The notes under the pieces were generated by a model. It was not told the DNA's origin. It worked only from the letters and a program-made list of their open reading frames with translations, and did not search any database. Position numbers and translations under genes: made by a program. From the IMG/VR virus record IMGVR_UViG_3300027714_000004, positions 1 to 64,000 of that record: a stretch of 64,000 bases of DNA; one strand, given 5' to 3'. This DNA is from a virus. This document shows, piece by piece, positions 1 to 9,687 of this stretch (position 1 is the first letter of the stretch; each line of letters opens with the position of its first letter).

Positions 1-2673
1 GGTTCTATTCCGCTAGTCCAAACGGCAAGTTATGGTGTAGATGACACACTATTTGCTACCAAAACATATGTTGATTCTGGTTACACTGATACTTCAGGTA
101 TGAATTCAGCGATTGCTGTTGAAACTGCTGCTAGAACTGCTGCTATCGCCGCAATTCCTGCAACTGACTTAACTCCATACTCAACTACTGCACAGATGGA
201 CTCATCTATTGCTGTTGAGACTGCTGCTAGAACTGCTGCTATCTCTGCTGAGACTTCATCTAGAGAAACTGCTATCTCTGCTGAGACTTCATCTAGAGAA
301 ACTGCTATCTCTGCTGAGACTTCATCTAGAGAAACTGCTATCTCTGCTGCTATCTCTGCTGAGACTTCATCTAGAGAAACTGCTATCTCTGCTGAGACTT
401 CATCTAGAGAAACTGCTATCTCTGATGCTATCTCTGCTAGTGCAACTGCTGCACAGGGTACCAAAGCAGATACTGCGGTTCAACCGAGTGATCTAACAAA
501 CGTTGCAGGTTCTACTGTAAGTACAGGTCTATCGAATGATAAAACTACAGCGGTAGTCTGGTCTGGTAATGATATCCCTTGGTCAGATAATGTTAGTCGA
601 ATCGAGTCTGGTTTTGATTATGACCTTGGACATCGTAGAAATCAGATTTCTGTAGGTACTAACTACTGGGCTGCAATTAATACTACTACTTGGACTACAG
701 GCACTTCAGTATTGAAGGTGTATAACAACTCTGACGATTCAGAAGCATTTAGTACTGTTCTACCTACCGAGCACTTTGGTCAGGTTTCTCCAACAATCGC
801 TGATGCAGTTTTTGTATCTGGTGACTATGTTGTAGTGTTACAGTATGCTAACTCTAGTTACGATATGATTTATGCTATTGGTTATCATATCCCGTCTGGT
901 ATTCAGCAGTACAAGCACGTGTATGCTAATATCGATGCTAATGCTTGTAGTGTGTTCGAAGACCAAATTATATACGTTCAGAAAGATTCTAACTGGTACA
1001 CTACAGGTGTAATGAGAGCTAGAGCTTCGGACGACTATATTTTAGGTAGTGTAAACTTCGAAGGAACTACATCACCAGATAGTAAATCAGGGTGTGTACG
1101 ATTCAACGGTTCTTACTATATTAGTGCGGAATATCATGGAAACGCTAATGTTGGAGTACAATCTGGCCAGGTTACTGTATATGATTCTACTGGTTATATG
1201 GTTCATGAGTTAATTAATCCTAACTTTGCTGGTGATGCTGATTACGATAGATTCGGTTTCGACACCAATTTCTATGGAACTACTCAGGTAGTTGGTCTAA
1301 CATATAAAGATACAGACGGTACCGGATCTAACCATCCTGGCCACTTGAGTCTCTTTGACCTTACTACTGGTCTGATGCAAAAAACTTTCGATATCCCTAA
1401 AGGTGATCGAGACTTTGAAGCATCAAGCTTCAACGGCCCACTAGTAGTTGATGGTGAGTGGATCTTTGCTGGTGGTTGGCAGTCTAATGCGCCTACAACC
1501 GACTATAAGGGCGGTTTGATTCATTGTTACAACCCTATATCGAATAGTTCATTCAATCTGGTAGGTTATACAAGTTCGGAAGAAGCTAAGACTGCACACA
1601 GTGCTCTCGGAATATCTGATGCAGACTTCGGTACTATTGATTTCGCTCGTTCATTCGACGTTAGAGATGGAAAACTTGTATTAAAGACGGCATCAGATGC
1701 CGGTGTGATCGCTAATGGTGGTGTCAACGGAGATAACGTTTCTGTACTATACACGTTTACTGCTCTGGTTGCACCTCGAAACCTATTATCTATCGATGAA
1801 AATCATATTGCGACAAGAGCATATGCTTTAGAAGTAAGTCGAAATGCAAAAGAAGATGCACAGACTTATGCTGATCAAGCTGTTGTTACTGCTGTTGCTA
1901 ATGTGGTTGATGCTGCTCCTGCTTCGTTGGATACTTTAAACGAACTTGCTACTGCTCTAGGTGACGATGAAAACTTTGCGGTTACTGTAACAACTAACCT
2001 TGCTGGTAAAGCAACTATTGCCTCTGTCAGTACTTCTAGACAAGAAGCGATTGATGCTGCTGCTCTTGACGCAACTGCTAAAGCAGATGCTGCTCAAGCT
2101 GCTGCAATACTACAAGCATCTTCTGATGCAACTGGTAAAGCAGAAGCTGCACGAATCGCTGCCGCAGCTGATGCAACTAGTAAAGCAAATGCTGCTCAGT
2201 CTATTGCAATCTCTACTGCAAGTGATGATGCAACTAGTAAAGCAGAAGCTGCACGTATCGCCGCAGAAATTGCTGCTGCTTCTGATGCAACTAGTAAAGC
2301 AAATGCTGCTGAATCTGCTGCTGCACTAGATGCTGCTACTAAAGCAGCTGCTGCTCAAGCTGCTGCAATCGCTGCCGCAGAATCTGATGCTACCGCAAAA
2401 GCAGAAGCTGCTAGGATTGCTGCTGAATCTGCTGCTGCACTAGATGCTGCTACTAAAGCAGAAGCTGCTAGGATTGCTGCTGAATCTGCTGCTGCACTAG
2501 ATGCTGCTACTAAAGCAGATGCTGCTCAAGCTGCTGCTCAAGCTGCTGCTGCACTAGATGCTGCTACTAAAGCAGATGCTGCTCAAGCTGCTGCTGCACT
2601 AGATGCTGCTACTAAAGCAGATGCTGCTCGTATCAACATCTATGATGTAACTGGTGTTCTTATCAACAACTAA
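1..2673 (+). CDS. Tail fibre / virion fibre protein, 5' truncated by window edge
   Basis: Frame 1 is open from base 1 into the ORF at 100. It carries the common phage tail-fibre motif VVDAAPASLDTLNELATALGDD, N- and C-terminal coiled-coil repeats and a central beta-rich region, and lies just before gp13. Confidence 0.7.
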   Translation, partial: GSIPLVQTASYGVDDTLFATKTYVDSGYTDTSGMNSAIAVETAARTAAIAAIPATDLTPYSTTAQMDSSIAVETAARTAAISAETSSRETAISAETSSRETAISAETSSRETAISAAISAETSSRETAISAETSSRETAISDAISASATAAQGTKADTAVQPSDLTNVAGSTVSTGLSNDKTTAVVWSGNDIPWSDNVSRIESGFDYDLGHRRNQISVGTNYWAAINTTTWTTGTSVLKVYNNSDDSEAFSTVLPTEHFGQVSPTIADAVFVSGDYVVVLQYANSSYDMIYAIGYHIPSGIQQYKHVYANIDANACSVFEDQIIYVQKDSNWYTTGVMRARASDDYILGSVNFEGTTSPDSKSGCVRFNGSYYISAEYHGNANVGVQSGQVTVYDSTGYMVHELINPNFAGDADYDRFGFDTNFYGTTQVVGLTYKDTDGTGSNHPGHLSLFDLTTGLMQKTFDIPKGDRDFEASSFNGPLVVDGEWIFAGGWQSNAPTTDYKGGLIHCYNPISNSSFNLVGYTSSEEAKTAHSALGISDADFGTIDFARSFDVRDGKLVLKTASDAGVIANGGVNGDNVSVLYTFTALVAPRNLLSIDENHIATRAYALEVSRNAKEDAQTYADQAVVTAVANVVDAAPASLDTLNELATALGDDENFAVTVTTNLAGKATIASVSTSRQEAIDAAALDATAKADAAQAAAILQASSDATGKAEAARIAAAADATSKANAAQSIAISTASDDATSKAEAARIAAEIAAASDATSKANAAESAAALDAATKAAAAQAAAIAAAESDATAKAEAARIAAESAAALDAATKAEAARIAAESAAALDAATKADAAQAAAQAAAALDAATKADAAQAAAALDAATKADAARINIYDVTGVLINN
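232..426 (+). repeat. 33-nt coding tandem repeat (11-aa unit SAETSSRETAI)
   Basis: GAAACTGCTATCTCTGCTGAGACTTCATCTAGA is repeated about 5 times in frame. Confidence 0.9.
2041..2630 (+). repeat. Ala-rich coding repeats (AALDAATKA / AEAARIAAE)
   Basis: Near-identical GCTGCTGCACTAGATGCTGCTACTAAAGCA units recur in frame. Confidence 0.85.
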
Positions 2674-2695
2674 TCTTAGATTTTATCCAAGATAT

Positions 2696-2723
2696 AAGGG
2701 GGGACTTCGGTTCCCCCTTTTTT
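2696..2723 (+). terminator. Rho-independent terminator
   Basis: G-run stem, CTTCGG loop, C-run stem, then a T-tract, after the fibre gene. Confidence 0.9.
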
Positions 2724-2737
2724 ATATTTAATTTTAA

Positions 2738-2757
2738 TATAAATAAACGTATAAATA
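2738..2757 (+). promoter_or_regulatory. Tandem T4 late promoters
   Basis: TATAAATA at 2738-2745 and 2750-2757, upstream of gp13. Confidence 0.85.
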
Positions 2758-2784
2758 GTACTTAACCAATATTGGACTATAGTA

Positions 2785-3552
2785 ATGTATTCAACAAGTA
2801 AAGAAGAATTGATTGATTATTGCCTACGTGCCTTGGGGCATCCGGTAGTTGAAGTCAATATAGACGAAGAGCAACTAGACGATCGTATTGACGAGGCGCT
2901 ACAGTGGTTCCGTGAAAATCATCCGGACGGTTCTAAGAGATATTATCTGAAACATCAATTGACTCAAACTGATATTGATAATCAGTATGTCGATTTTGGT
3001 GATGACTTGGATCTCACGGCAGTAGTTCGTATGGTTCCGGTGAGTCTTGGAGGAGTAGGTTCTGGTTGGTTTAGTGACGCATGGCAAGTAATGGCTCATA
3101 CTGTTACTGACTTCTCTAATAGTTCTATTCTAGGAGACCTTGCTCATTACGAACAAATCCAACAACACTTGTCTCTATTAGATATGAAACTCGGTGGGCA
3201 ACCACAGATTACTTTCGATAGACAATATAATCGCATAAATCTATATGTTTCGAAAACACATTTACAAGTAGACGATTTTGTACTATTTGAGGTTTATGGT
3301 ATTCGGAATCCCGACAACTCGATTAACGAATATAACTCTCTATGGAACCACAAGTTTCTAAAAGAATATTCGACTGCACTGATTAAACGTCAGTGGGGTA
3401 CTAACCTAATTAAATTTGACGGTATGACACTGCCTGGCGGTGTTACGGTCAATGCACGTTTGATCTATGAAGATGCTCTTGCAGACATCGACAGACTCAT
3501 GGAAAAATTTCGTAACGAAGAAGATGAAGGGCCTATGTTCTTCATAGGGTAA
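2785..3552 (+). CDS. gp13: Neck protein gp13
   Basis: ELIDYCLRALGHPVVEVN and KRQWGTNLIKFDGMTLPGGV motifs; synteny. Confidence 0.92.
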   Translation: MYSTSKEELIDYCLRALGHPVVEVNIDEEQLDDRIDEALQWFRENHPDGSKRYYLKHQLTQTDIDNQYVDFGDDLDLTAVVRMVPVSLGGVGSGWFSDAWQVMAHTVTDFSNSSILGDLAHYEQIQQHLSLLDMKLGGQPQITFDRQYNRINLYVSKTHLQVDDFVLFEVYGIRNPDNSINEYNSLWNHKFLKEYSTALIKRQWGTNLIKFDGMTLPGGVTVNARLIYEDALADIDRLMEKFRNEEDEGPMFFIG

Positions 3553-3555
3553 GTG

Positions 3556-4431
3556 ATGGCAACTAATCCATATATAAGTCAAAAATACAGACCAGAACAG
3601 AATCTTTACGAAGATATTCTTATTGAAGCGATCCAGTTCTACGGACAGGACGTTTATTATCTCCCACGAGAAATCGTAGAAAGAGAAGATATCTTCCTTG
3701 ATAGTATTCAGTCACAGTTCTCTGACGCCTATAAAGTAGAAGTGTATATTGAAAACACTGAAGCATTTGATGGTGAGGGAGACCTATTCACTAAGTTTGG
3801 TATTGAACTCCGAGATCAATCGACCTTTGTCATTGCTCGTCGCAGATGGCGACAGCTTGTAGGTGATCGTCTTGCGGATAACCAGTTCCGTCCCAGAGAA
3901 GGTGATGTCATCTATCTCCCATTATCCGAATCTCTATTCGAGGTAAAGAAGGTCGAGACAGAAACTCCATTCTACCAGTTATCTCAACTACCACTATTCC
4001 GTATGCAATGTGAGTTGTTCGAGTACTCTGATGAAGACTTCGATACAGGTATTGCGGGAATTGATCAGGTTGAAGCAGAATCTGCATTCCAGTACGAACT
4101 TGTTATGGAAACTTCTGGAAGTGAGTTCTTCTACACGCCAGGCGAAACAGTAACTCAGACGTTTGACGACTACGTTATTGAAGGTGAAGTTACCACATTC
4201 AACTCAGAGACTCGTCTACTGAAAATTGCACACACTGGGGCTGACGATGGTAACTATCATCTGTGGGCAACAGACCGACCAGTCGTGGGAAGTAACGCAT
4301 CTCTCACTCCAGCATCCTCGGACGAGGGTGTGAATGAAATTCAACCACTTTCTCAGAATGTAATATTCGACGACTTTGCTAATGATTTCGTAGACTTTAC
4401 TGAGTCCAACCCATTTGGAGATATGCCGTAA
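3556..4431 (+). CDS. gp14: Neck protein gp14
   Basis: IQFYGQDVYYLPR, FTKFGIELRD and RPREGDVIYLP motifs; ends in NPFG. Confidence 0.92.
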   Translation: MATNPYISQKYRPEQNLYEDILIEAIQFYGQDVYYLPREIVEREDIFLDSIQSQFSDAYKVEVYIENTEAFDGEGDLFTKFGIELRDQSTFVIARRRWRQLVGDRLADNQFRPREGDVIYLPLSESLFEVKKVETETPFYQLSQLPLFRMQCELFEYSDEDFDTGIAGIDQVEAESAFQYELVMETSGSEFFYTPGETVTQTFDDYVIEGEVTTFNSETRLLKIAHTGADDGNYHLWATDRPVVGSNASLTPASSDEGVNEIQPLSQNVIFDDFANDFVDFTESNPFGDMP

Positions 4432-5207
4432 TGATGGGAAGTCACTTCTATCACAAACGTGTCCGTACTTGCGTTGCCGTATTCGGTTCTATGTTTAATA
4501 ACTTACACGTTTTGAGAACAGACTCGGCAGGTAAGGTATTATCACAGGTCAAGGTGCCGTTATCATACGCACCAAAGAGATCTTTCATAGAACGTCTAGC
4601 AGAGATGAGTAATGGAGAAGACGCAGAACGTAGAGTTGCCATTAAACTTCCGCGTATGTCGTTTGAAATTACTTCTATTGCATATGATGCAGCACGTCAA
4701 TTACCTAAAGTAAATGGGTTCGGTGGTATTGTTTCGGAAGACAACACCTCAAGACGTAAAGTATATGTGGGTGTTCCTTATAATGTATCATTCTCTTTGT
4801 CAGTATATGCTAAGACTCAGGATGATGCATTGCAAGTCGTAGAGCAAATCATACCTTACTTTGCTCCACAGTACACTCTTACAGTAAAACCTTTTGCAGA
4901 CCAACCAGAGATCAAAGAAGATGTCCCTGTAGTTCTCACGGGTTTAGACTTTCAAGATGATTTCGAAGGCCCATTGGAACAGAGACGTACTATTATATAC
5001 ACTCTCAACTTCGAGATGAAAGTTAACTTCTATGGCCCAGAGTCAATTTCTCCGGTAATTAGGGAGGTTAATACAAACCTAAATCTAGTAGTCCCCGAAG
5101 ATGATGAAGAGTATCTAATAGAAACTATAAATACTACTCCTGATCCTATTGATGTGAGTCCAGACGGTGACTATGGGTTCAATACCGAGATAATTTTCCC
5201 AGAATAA
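4431..5207 (+). CDS. gp15: Tail sheath stabiliser/terminator gp15
   Basis: KVPLSYAPK, LPRMSFE and QVVEQIIPYF motifs; synteny. Confidence 0.92.
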   Translation: MMGSHFYHKRVRTCVAVFGSMFNNLHVLRTDSAGKVLSQVKVPLSYAPKRSFIERLAEMSNGEDAERRVAIKLPRMSFEITSIAYDAARQLPKVNGFGGIVSEDNTSRRKVYVGVPYNVSFSLSVYAKTQDDALQVVEQIIPYFAPQYTLTVKPFADQPEIKEDVPVVLTGLDFQDDFEGPLEQRRTIIYTLNFEMKVNFYGPESISPVIREVNTNLNLVVPEDDEEYLIETINTTPDPIDVSPDGDYGFNTEIIFPE

Positions 5208-5221
5208 TTTGGTGATATATA

Positions 5222-5617
5222 ATGAGAGATTCAAGTAAGCCGCCTGCTATCTTCGATGATAGTCAGAAGAAGAATGTCGTACACGAACAAGATTATGAAT
5301 ATTCCCGTGAGACCTATTATGACCTAATTGAGAAGGGTCGTGAATCTCTAGAACTAATGATCGAAGTTGCTCGTGAGAGTGAACACCCCCGTGCATTCGA
5401 AGTTCTGTCTGGTATGATTAAGGGTATCTCAGATGTCAATGACAAGTTGATGGATCTTAATAAGAAACATAAAGAACTTAGTCGTGACGATAGTCCAACA
5501 GAATCCGCTTCTGGTGGTACCACCAATAATCTATTCGTAGGTTCTACTACAGACCTTCAACGTATGTTGTTAGGTGCAGCTGATGAGAAGGTAATCGAAC
5601 AAGACTCGGACGAATGA
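5222..5617 (+). CDS. gp16: Terminase small subunit gp16
   Basis: DYEYSRE, ESEHPRAFEV and NNLFVGSTTDL motifs. Confidence 0.92.
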   Translation: MRDSSKPPAIFDDSQKKNVVHEQDYEYSRETYYDLIEKGRESLELMIEVARESEHPRAFEVLSGMIKGISDVNDKLMDLNKKHKELSRDDSPTESASGGTTNNLFVGSTTDLQRMLLGAADEKVIEQDSDE

Positions 5618-5790
5618 AAAAGCAACCGAAGATTAAGATGAAGGGTAGTGCTGAATGGGACGCTCTGTCTAGAAAGGCAAGAGGGTTATATTGTTACCTC
5701 GACAAATCTAAGATTGTGAAGAAGATTAAACGTGGTTATAACAAGCGATTCCGACAGGAAGGCAAAAAGGACTGTGACATCATCGATTAA
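5614..5790 (+). CDS. Small basic hypothetical protein (58 aa, not in ORF track)
   Basis: ATGA overlap with the gp16 stop; MKKQPKIKMKGSAEWDALSRKARG...KRGYNKRFRQEGK fills the gp16-gp17 gap. Confidence 0.7.
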   Translation: MKKQPKIKMKGSAEWDALSRKARGLYCYLDKSKIVKKIKRGYNKRFRQEGKKDCDIID

Positions 5791-5808
5791 GATGATAGAG
5801 ACTATAGT

Positions 5809-7416
5809 ATGACATCTTTTACTAAGAATTCCTATCTAGGAAATCCCCAAGTTAAGCGTGACGGTGTTGCGGAAGAGTGGGATAAGAAGAAACTCCGCGA
5901 ATACCGTAAGTGTATGAACGACCCAGCTTATTTCTGTAGGAAGTATGTTAAAGTCGTGCACCTTGATAGGGGTCTGGTACCTTTTAAGTTATACGATTAT
6001 CAAGAGAAGATGTTTGAACACTTCAATGATAATCGATTCTCCATCGTTCTTGCTTGTAGACAGTCCGGTAAATCTATATCTTCAGTAGGATACCTTCTAT
6101 GGTATTCTTTATTCCATCCGGAAAAGACTATTGCTATCCTTGCTAACAAAGGTGCGACTGCACGTGAGATGTTATCTCGTGTAACACTCATGTTAGAGAA
6201 CCTCCCATTCTTCCTACAGCCAGGATGTAAAGCACTTAACAAAGGGTCTATAGAGTTCTCTAATAACTCCCGCATCATCGCTGCAGCTACGTCTGGGTCT
6301 TCTATTCGTGGTATGTCGGTCAACCTATTGTTCCTAGATGAGTTCGCATTTGTAGAGAATGCGGCAGAGTTCTACACCTCTACTTACCCTGTAATCTCAT
6401 CTGGTAAAGACACGAAAGTTATCATAACAAGTACTGCTAACGGTATCGGTAATACTTACCAAAAGATATGGGAAGGTGCAGTACAGAAGGTTAATGAGTA
6501 TAAACCGTTCCGTGTTGACTGGTGGGATGTGCCTGGCCGAGATGACAAGTGGAAAGCACAAACTGTTGCAAACACTTCTCAGTTACAGTTTGACCAAGAG
6601 TTTGGTAACACATTCTTTGGTACTGGTAATACTCTTATTGAGGGTCAAGTACTTCTAGACTTACGTGCTAGAGAACCTTCTAGGAGATTAGAGGGTGGTG
6701 ACTTATTGGTCTATGAGGATGTGATTGAAGAGCATCAGTATATCATGACAGTAGATGTTTGTCAAGGGCGTGGACAGGATTATTCTACATTTACAGTCTT
6801 TGATGTCTCGGTACAACCGTTCAGACAGGTGTGTGTATATCGTAACAACATGATATCCCCGATACTATACCCTAACATAATATATAAATACGCTACAGCA
6901 TACAACGAAGCGTATGTTGTTATCGAGAATAATGATCAGGGTATGGTCGTGTGCGTAGGACTATACCAAGATTTAGAATATGAGAACATCCACCTAGAGT
7001 CTGCTATCCGAGCTGATGCCATCGGTATTCGCATGGACAGAAAGGTAAAGCGGATGGGATGTTCGTCGATTAAAGACATTATCGAAAACCATAAGTTAGA
7101 TCTGGTTGATGAAAATACCATCATGGAGGTGTCTACATTCGTCTCTAAGGGTACTTCTTACGAAGCTTCAGTAGGTAACCACGATGACTTAATGATGAAT
7201 CTGGTGATGTTTGGATACTTTGTCGGGACACAATCCTTCGGGGATATGACTAACGTCGATATCAAACAGATGTTATTTGATCAACGCATGAAAGAGATTG
7301 AAGATGATTTACCACCGTTTGGTATTATAGACGATGGTACAGAGTATGCTTCTACTACCGACTTATCAGACCCTTATAGTATGGACTGGACGAACTATGA
7401 ACCCGATGGTTGGTAA
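5809..7416 (+). CDS. gp17: Terminase large subunit gp17
   Basis: Walker A CRQSGKS, Walker B LFLDEFAF, ITSTANG, and nuclease residues (GQDYS, HDDL). Confidence 0.97.
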   Translation: MTSFTKNSYLGNPQVKRDGVAEEWDKKKLREYRKCMNDPAYFCRKYVKVVHLDRGLVPFKLYDYQEKMFEHFNDNRFSIVLACRQSGKSISSVGYLLWYSLFHPEKTIAILANKGATAREMLSRVTLMLENLPFFLQPGCKALNKGSIEFSNNSRIIAAATSGSSIRGMSVNLLFLDEFAFVENAAEFYTSTYPVISSGKDTKVIITSTANGIGNTYQKIWEGAVQKVNEYKPFRVDWWDVPGRDDKWKAQTVANTSQLQFDQEFGNTFFGTGNTLIEGQVLLDLRAREPSRRLEGGDLLVYEDVIEEHQYIMTVDVCQGRGQDYSTFTVFDVSVQPFRQVCVYRNNMISPILYPNIIYKYATAYNEAYVVIENNDQGMVVCVGLYQDLEYENIHLESAIRADAIGIRMDRKVKRMGCSSIKDIIENHKLDLVDENTIMEVSTFVSKGTSYEASVGNHDDLMMNLVMFGYFVGTQSFGDMTNVDIKQMLFDQRMKEIEDDLPPFGIIDDGTEYASTTDLSDPYSMDWTNYEPDGW

Positions 7417-7428
7417 ATTTACGATAAG

Positions 7429-7436
7429 TATAAATA
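7429..7436 (+). promoter_or_regulatory. T4 late promoter
   Basis: TATAAATA upstream of gp18. Confidence 0.8.
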
Positions 7437-7502
7437 GATACATTGAAAGAACACTCCGTATTATGATTAACTTATTATACCTTAACTAAGAAGGACACTA
7501 CC

Positions 7503-9086
7503 ATGACTCTTTTATCTTCAGAGTCGCCATCCGTAACAGTACGAGAAATTGACTTAACAGGTATCGTACCTGCCGTCACTTCTACTACTGGTGCAATTGT
7601 AGGCGACTTTAATTGGGGCCCAGTAAACACACCTATTCTAATCGGTAACGAATCTGAACTGGCGTCTACTTTCGGTTCTCCACTATCAGGAAATGCATAT
7701 GCTGGCGATTTTCTATCCGCTTCATACTTCCTGAAATACTCTTCAAGCGCATTTATAATTCGTGCAGCTCGACCAACCATTCCAGCAGTTCCAGCAGTTC
7801 TAGATTCGGACTTAATCGAAGTAACTCCAGAAGTCCCAGAATATCCAGGCCATACAAAATCAACAGCCGGTGTTTTCACAGGGAAATATGAAGGTGCTCT
7901 CGGTAATACAATTACTGTAGCCGTAGCAGACGCAACATCTTTTCCTACTTGGGACTTTGAAGGTTACTTCACATCAGCTCCAGTAGGTGATGAACTTCAT
8001 GTTGTTGTCACACTTGGATATGTTTCAGGATCTGAATTAGGAAACATTGTCGAAACATACGAATTTGTTTCTACTGACGTTAATGCTAAACTTCCAAACG
8101 GTTCTAACAATTTCGCCAATGACGTTATTACTAAAGAATCTTCTTGGGTCGATGCTTCTGGCGTTCCAGCAGCAGGATTGTTCACGTTGGCAGGTGGTTC
8201 TGATGGAACTCCACTCCAAACTAGAGCGGATTACGTAAGTGCATATGACGGTTTCTTAAACAAAGAAGCTATCCAGTTAGATTTCCTAATTCCACCAGCG
8301 GGTGGTCAAGACGTAGCGGCAACCGTACATCAGAAACTTGTTACAGTTGCTACATCTCGTAAGGACTGTGTTGCAGTTATTTCCCCAACTTCAGGTGATG
8401 TCGATCATATGATATCATATGTTGGTACTCTTGCTCAAGATTCATCTTACTTGGTTATTGACGGAAACTGGTTTAAGGTTTACAACAAGTACCAAGATAA
8501 GTACGAGTTCATTCCAGCGGCATCTTCAACAGCAGGCGTTATGGCAGCTGCGGACGCAGTCTCTGCTCCTTGGTTCTCACCAGCTGGTTCACGTCGTGGA
8601 CAGTATCTAGGTGTTACCGAACTGTTGGTCAATCCTAGCAAAACAGAGCGTGATAAACTATACAAGAACGGAATTAATCCAGTTGTTAGTATCCCTGGCC
8701 AAGGTGTGATGTTATATGGTGACAAGACTCACCAATCACGTCCATCTGCATTTGATCGTATCAATGTTCGTCGACTATTCTTAGTCATCGAAAGAGCGAT
8801 CAGTAAAGCTGGTGAAAACGTAATGTTCGAATTCAACGATGAGTTTACTCGTGCAGAATTCGTAAACATCGTAGAACCATTCCTACGGGAAATTCAGGGT
8901 CGTCGCGGTATTACTGACTTCCGTGTTGTTTGTGATGCTACAAACAATACAGCAGAAGTCGTTGATCGCAACGAATTCATCGCAACTTGCTTCATTAAAC
9001 CAGCACGTTCAATCAACTACGTAACTTTAAACTTCGTAGCGGTAAGAACTGGTGTTGAGTTTGAAGAAGTCGTCGGTACAGTATAA
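7503..9086 (+). CDS. gp18: Tail sheath protein gp18
   Basis: SPSVTVREID, PWFSPAG, FDRINVRRLF and IKPARSINYV motifs. Confidence 0.97.
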   Translation: MTLLSSESPSVTVREIDLTGIVPAVTSTTGAIVGDFNWGPVNTPILIGNESELASTFGSPLSGNAYAGDFLSASYFLKYSSSAFIIRAARPTIPAVPAVLDSDLIEVTPEVPEYPGHTKSTAGVFTGKYEGALGNTITVAVADATSFPTWDFEGYFTSAPVGDELHVVVTLGYVSGSELGNIVETYEFVSTDVNAKLPNGSNNFANDVITKESSWVDASGVPAAGLFTLAGGSDGTPLQTRADYVSAYDGFLNKEAIQLDFLIPPAGGQDVAATVHQKLVTVATSRKDCVAVISPTSGDVDHMISYVGTLAQDSSYLVIDGNWFKVYNKYQDKYEFIPAASSTAGVMAAADAVSAPWFSPAGSRRGQYLGVTELLVNPSKTERDKLYKNGINPVVSIPGQGVMLYGDKTHQSRPSAFDRINVRRLFLVIERAISKAGENVMFEFNDEFTRAEFVNIVEPFLREIQGRRGITDFRVVCDATNNTAEVVDRNEFIATCFIKPARSINYVTLNFVAVRTGVEFEEVVGTV

Positions 9087-9097
9087 GGAGTATAACA

Positions 9098-9622
9098 ATG
9101 TCATTAAGAGTAGACGATTTTAAAGCAAAATTAAAAGGTGGTGGTGCACGTCCTAATTTATTCCGTGTAACCGTAAACTTCCCTGCGTACGCGGGTGGTG
9201 ATGCAGAACTAACTTCATTTATGTGTAAAGGCGCACAGTTACCAGCATCAACAATTGCTGCTATCGACGTTCCTTTCCGTGGCCGTCAGTTAAAGATTGC
9301 CGGAGACCGCACATTTGAAGATTGGTCAGTTACTGTAATCAACGACACTGGTTTCGAAGTTCGTAACGCAATGGAACAGTGGATGAACGGTATCAACGGT
9401 CACACTGCAAACACTGGATTCACTAACCCTGTTGCATATCAAGCAGATCTTATTGTAGATCAACTTGATAAGAATGGCGACTCACTGAAGACATATAACT
9501 TCCGTGGTGCATTCCCTAACAACATTAGTGCCATCGACCTATCATACGATACAACTGACACGGTAGAAGAGTTTGAAGTGGCGTTCTCAATTCAATATTG
9601 GGAGTCAAATACCACTAGTTAA
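9098..9622 (+). CDS. gp19: Tail tube protein gp19
   Basis: GGARPNLF and FRGRQLKIAGDRTFEDW motifs. Confidence 0.96.
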   Translation: MSLRVDDFKAKLKGGGARPNLFRVTVNFPAYAGGDAELTSFMCKGAQLPASTIAAIDVPFRGRQLKIAGDRTFEDWSVTVINDTGFEVRNAMEQWMNGINGHTANTGFTNPVAYQADLIVDQLDKNGDSLKTYNFRGAFPNNISAIDLSYDTTDTVEEFEVAFSIQYWESNTTS

Positions 9623-9643
9623 AGGTATTATAAGTACTTGAGT

Positions 9644-9670
9644 GGGGGTGGTTTCCACCCCCCCTTTTTT
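9644..9670 (+). terminator. Terminator-like hairpin between gp19 and gp20
   Basis: GGGGGTGG-TTT-CCACCCCC followed by a T-run. Confidence 0.75.
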
Positions 9671-9687
9671 ATTATTAAGAGGATATT

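Noticed and set aside
232-426. 33-nt repeats as a CRISPR array
   Set aside because: No spacers; head-to-tail and in frame within a coding sequence.
81-464. Minus-strand and alternative-frame ORFs in the track (e.g. 81-464, 2000-2329, 54946-55554, 60171-60713)
   Set aside because: Shadows of well-supported + strand genes, caused by repeats and codon bias.
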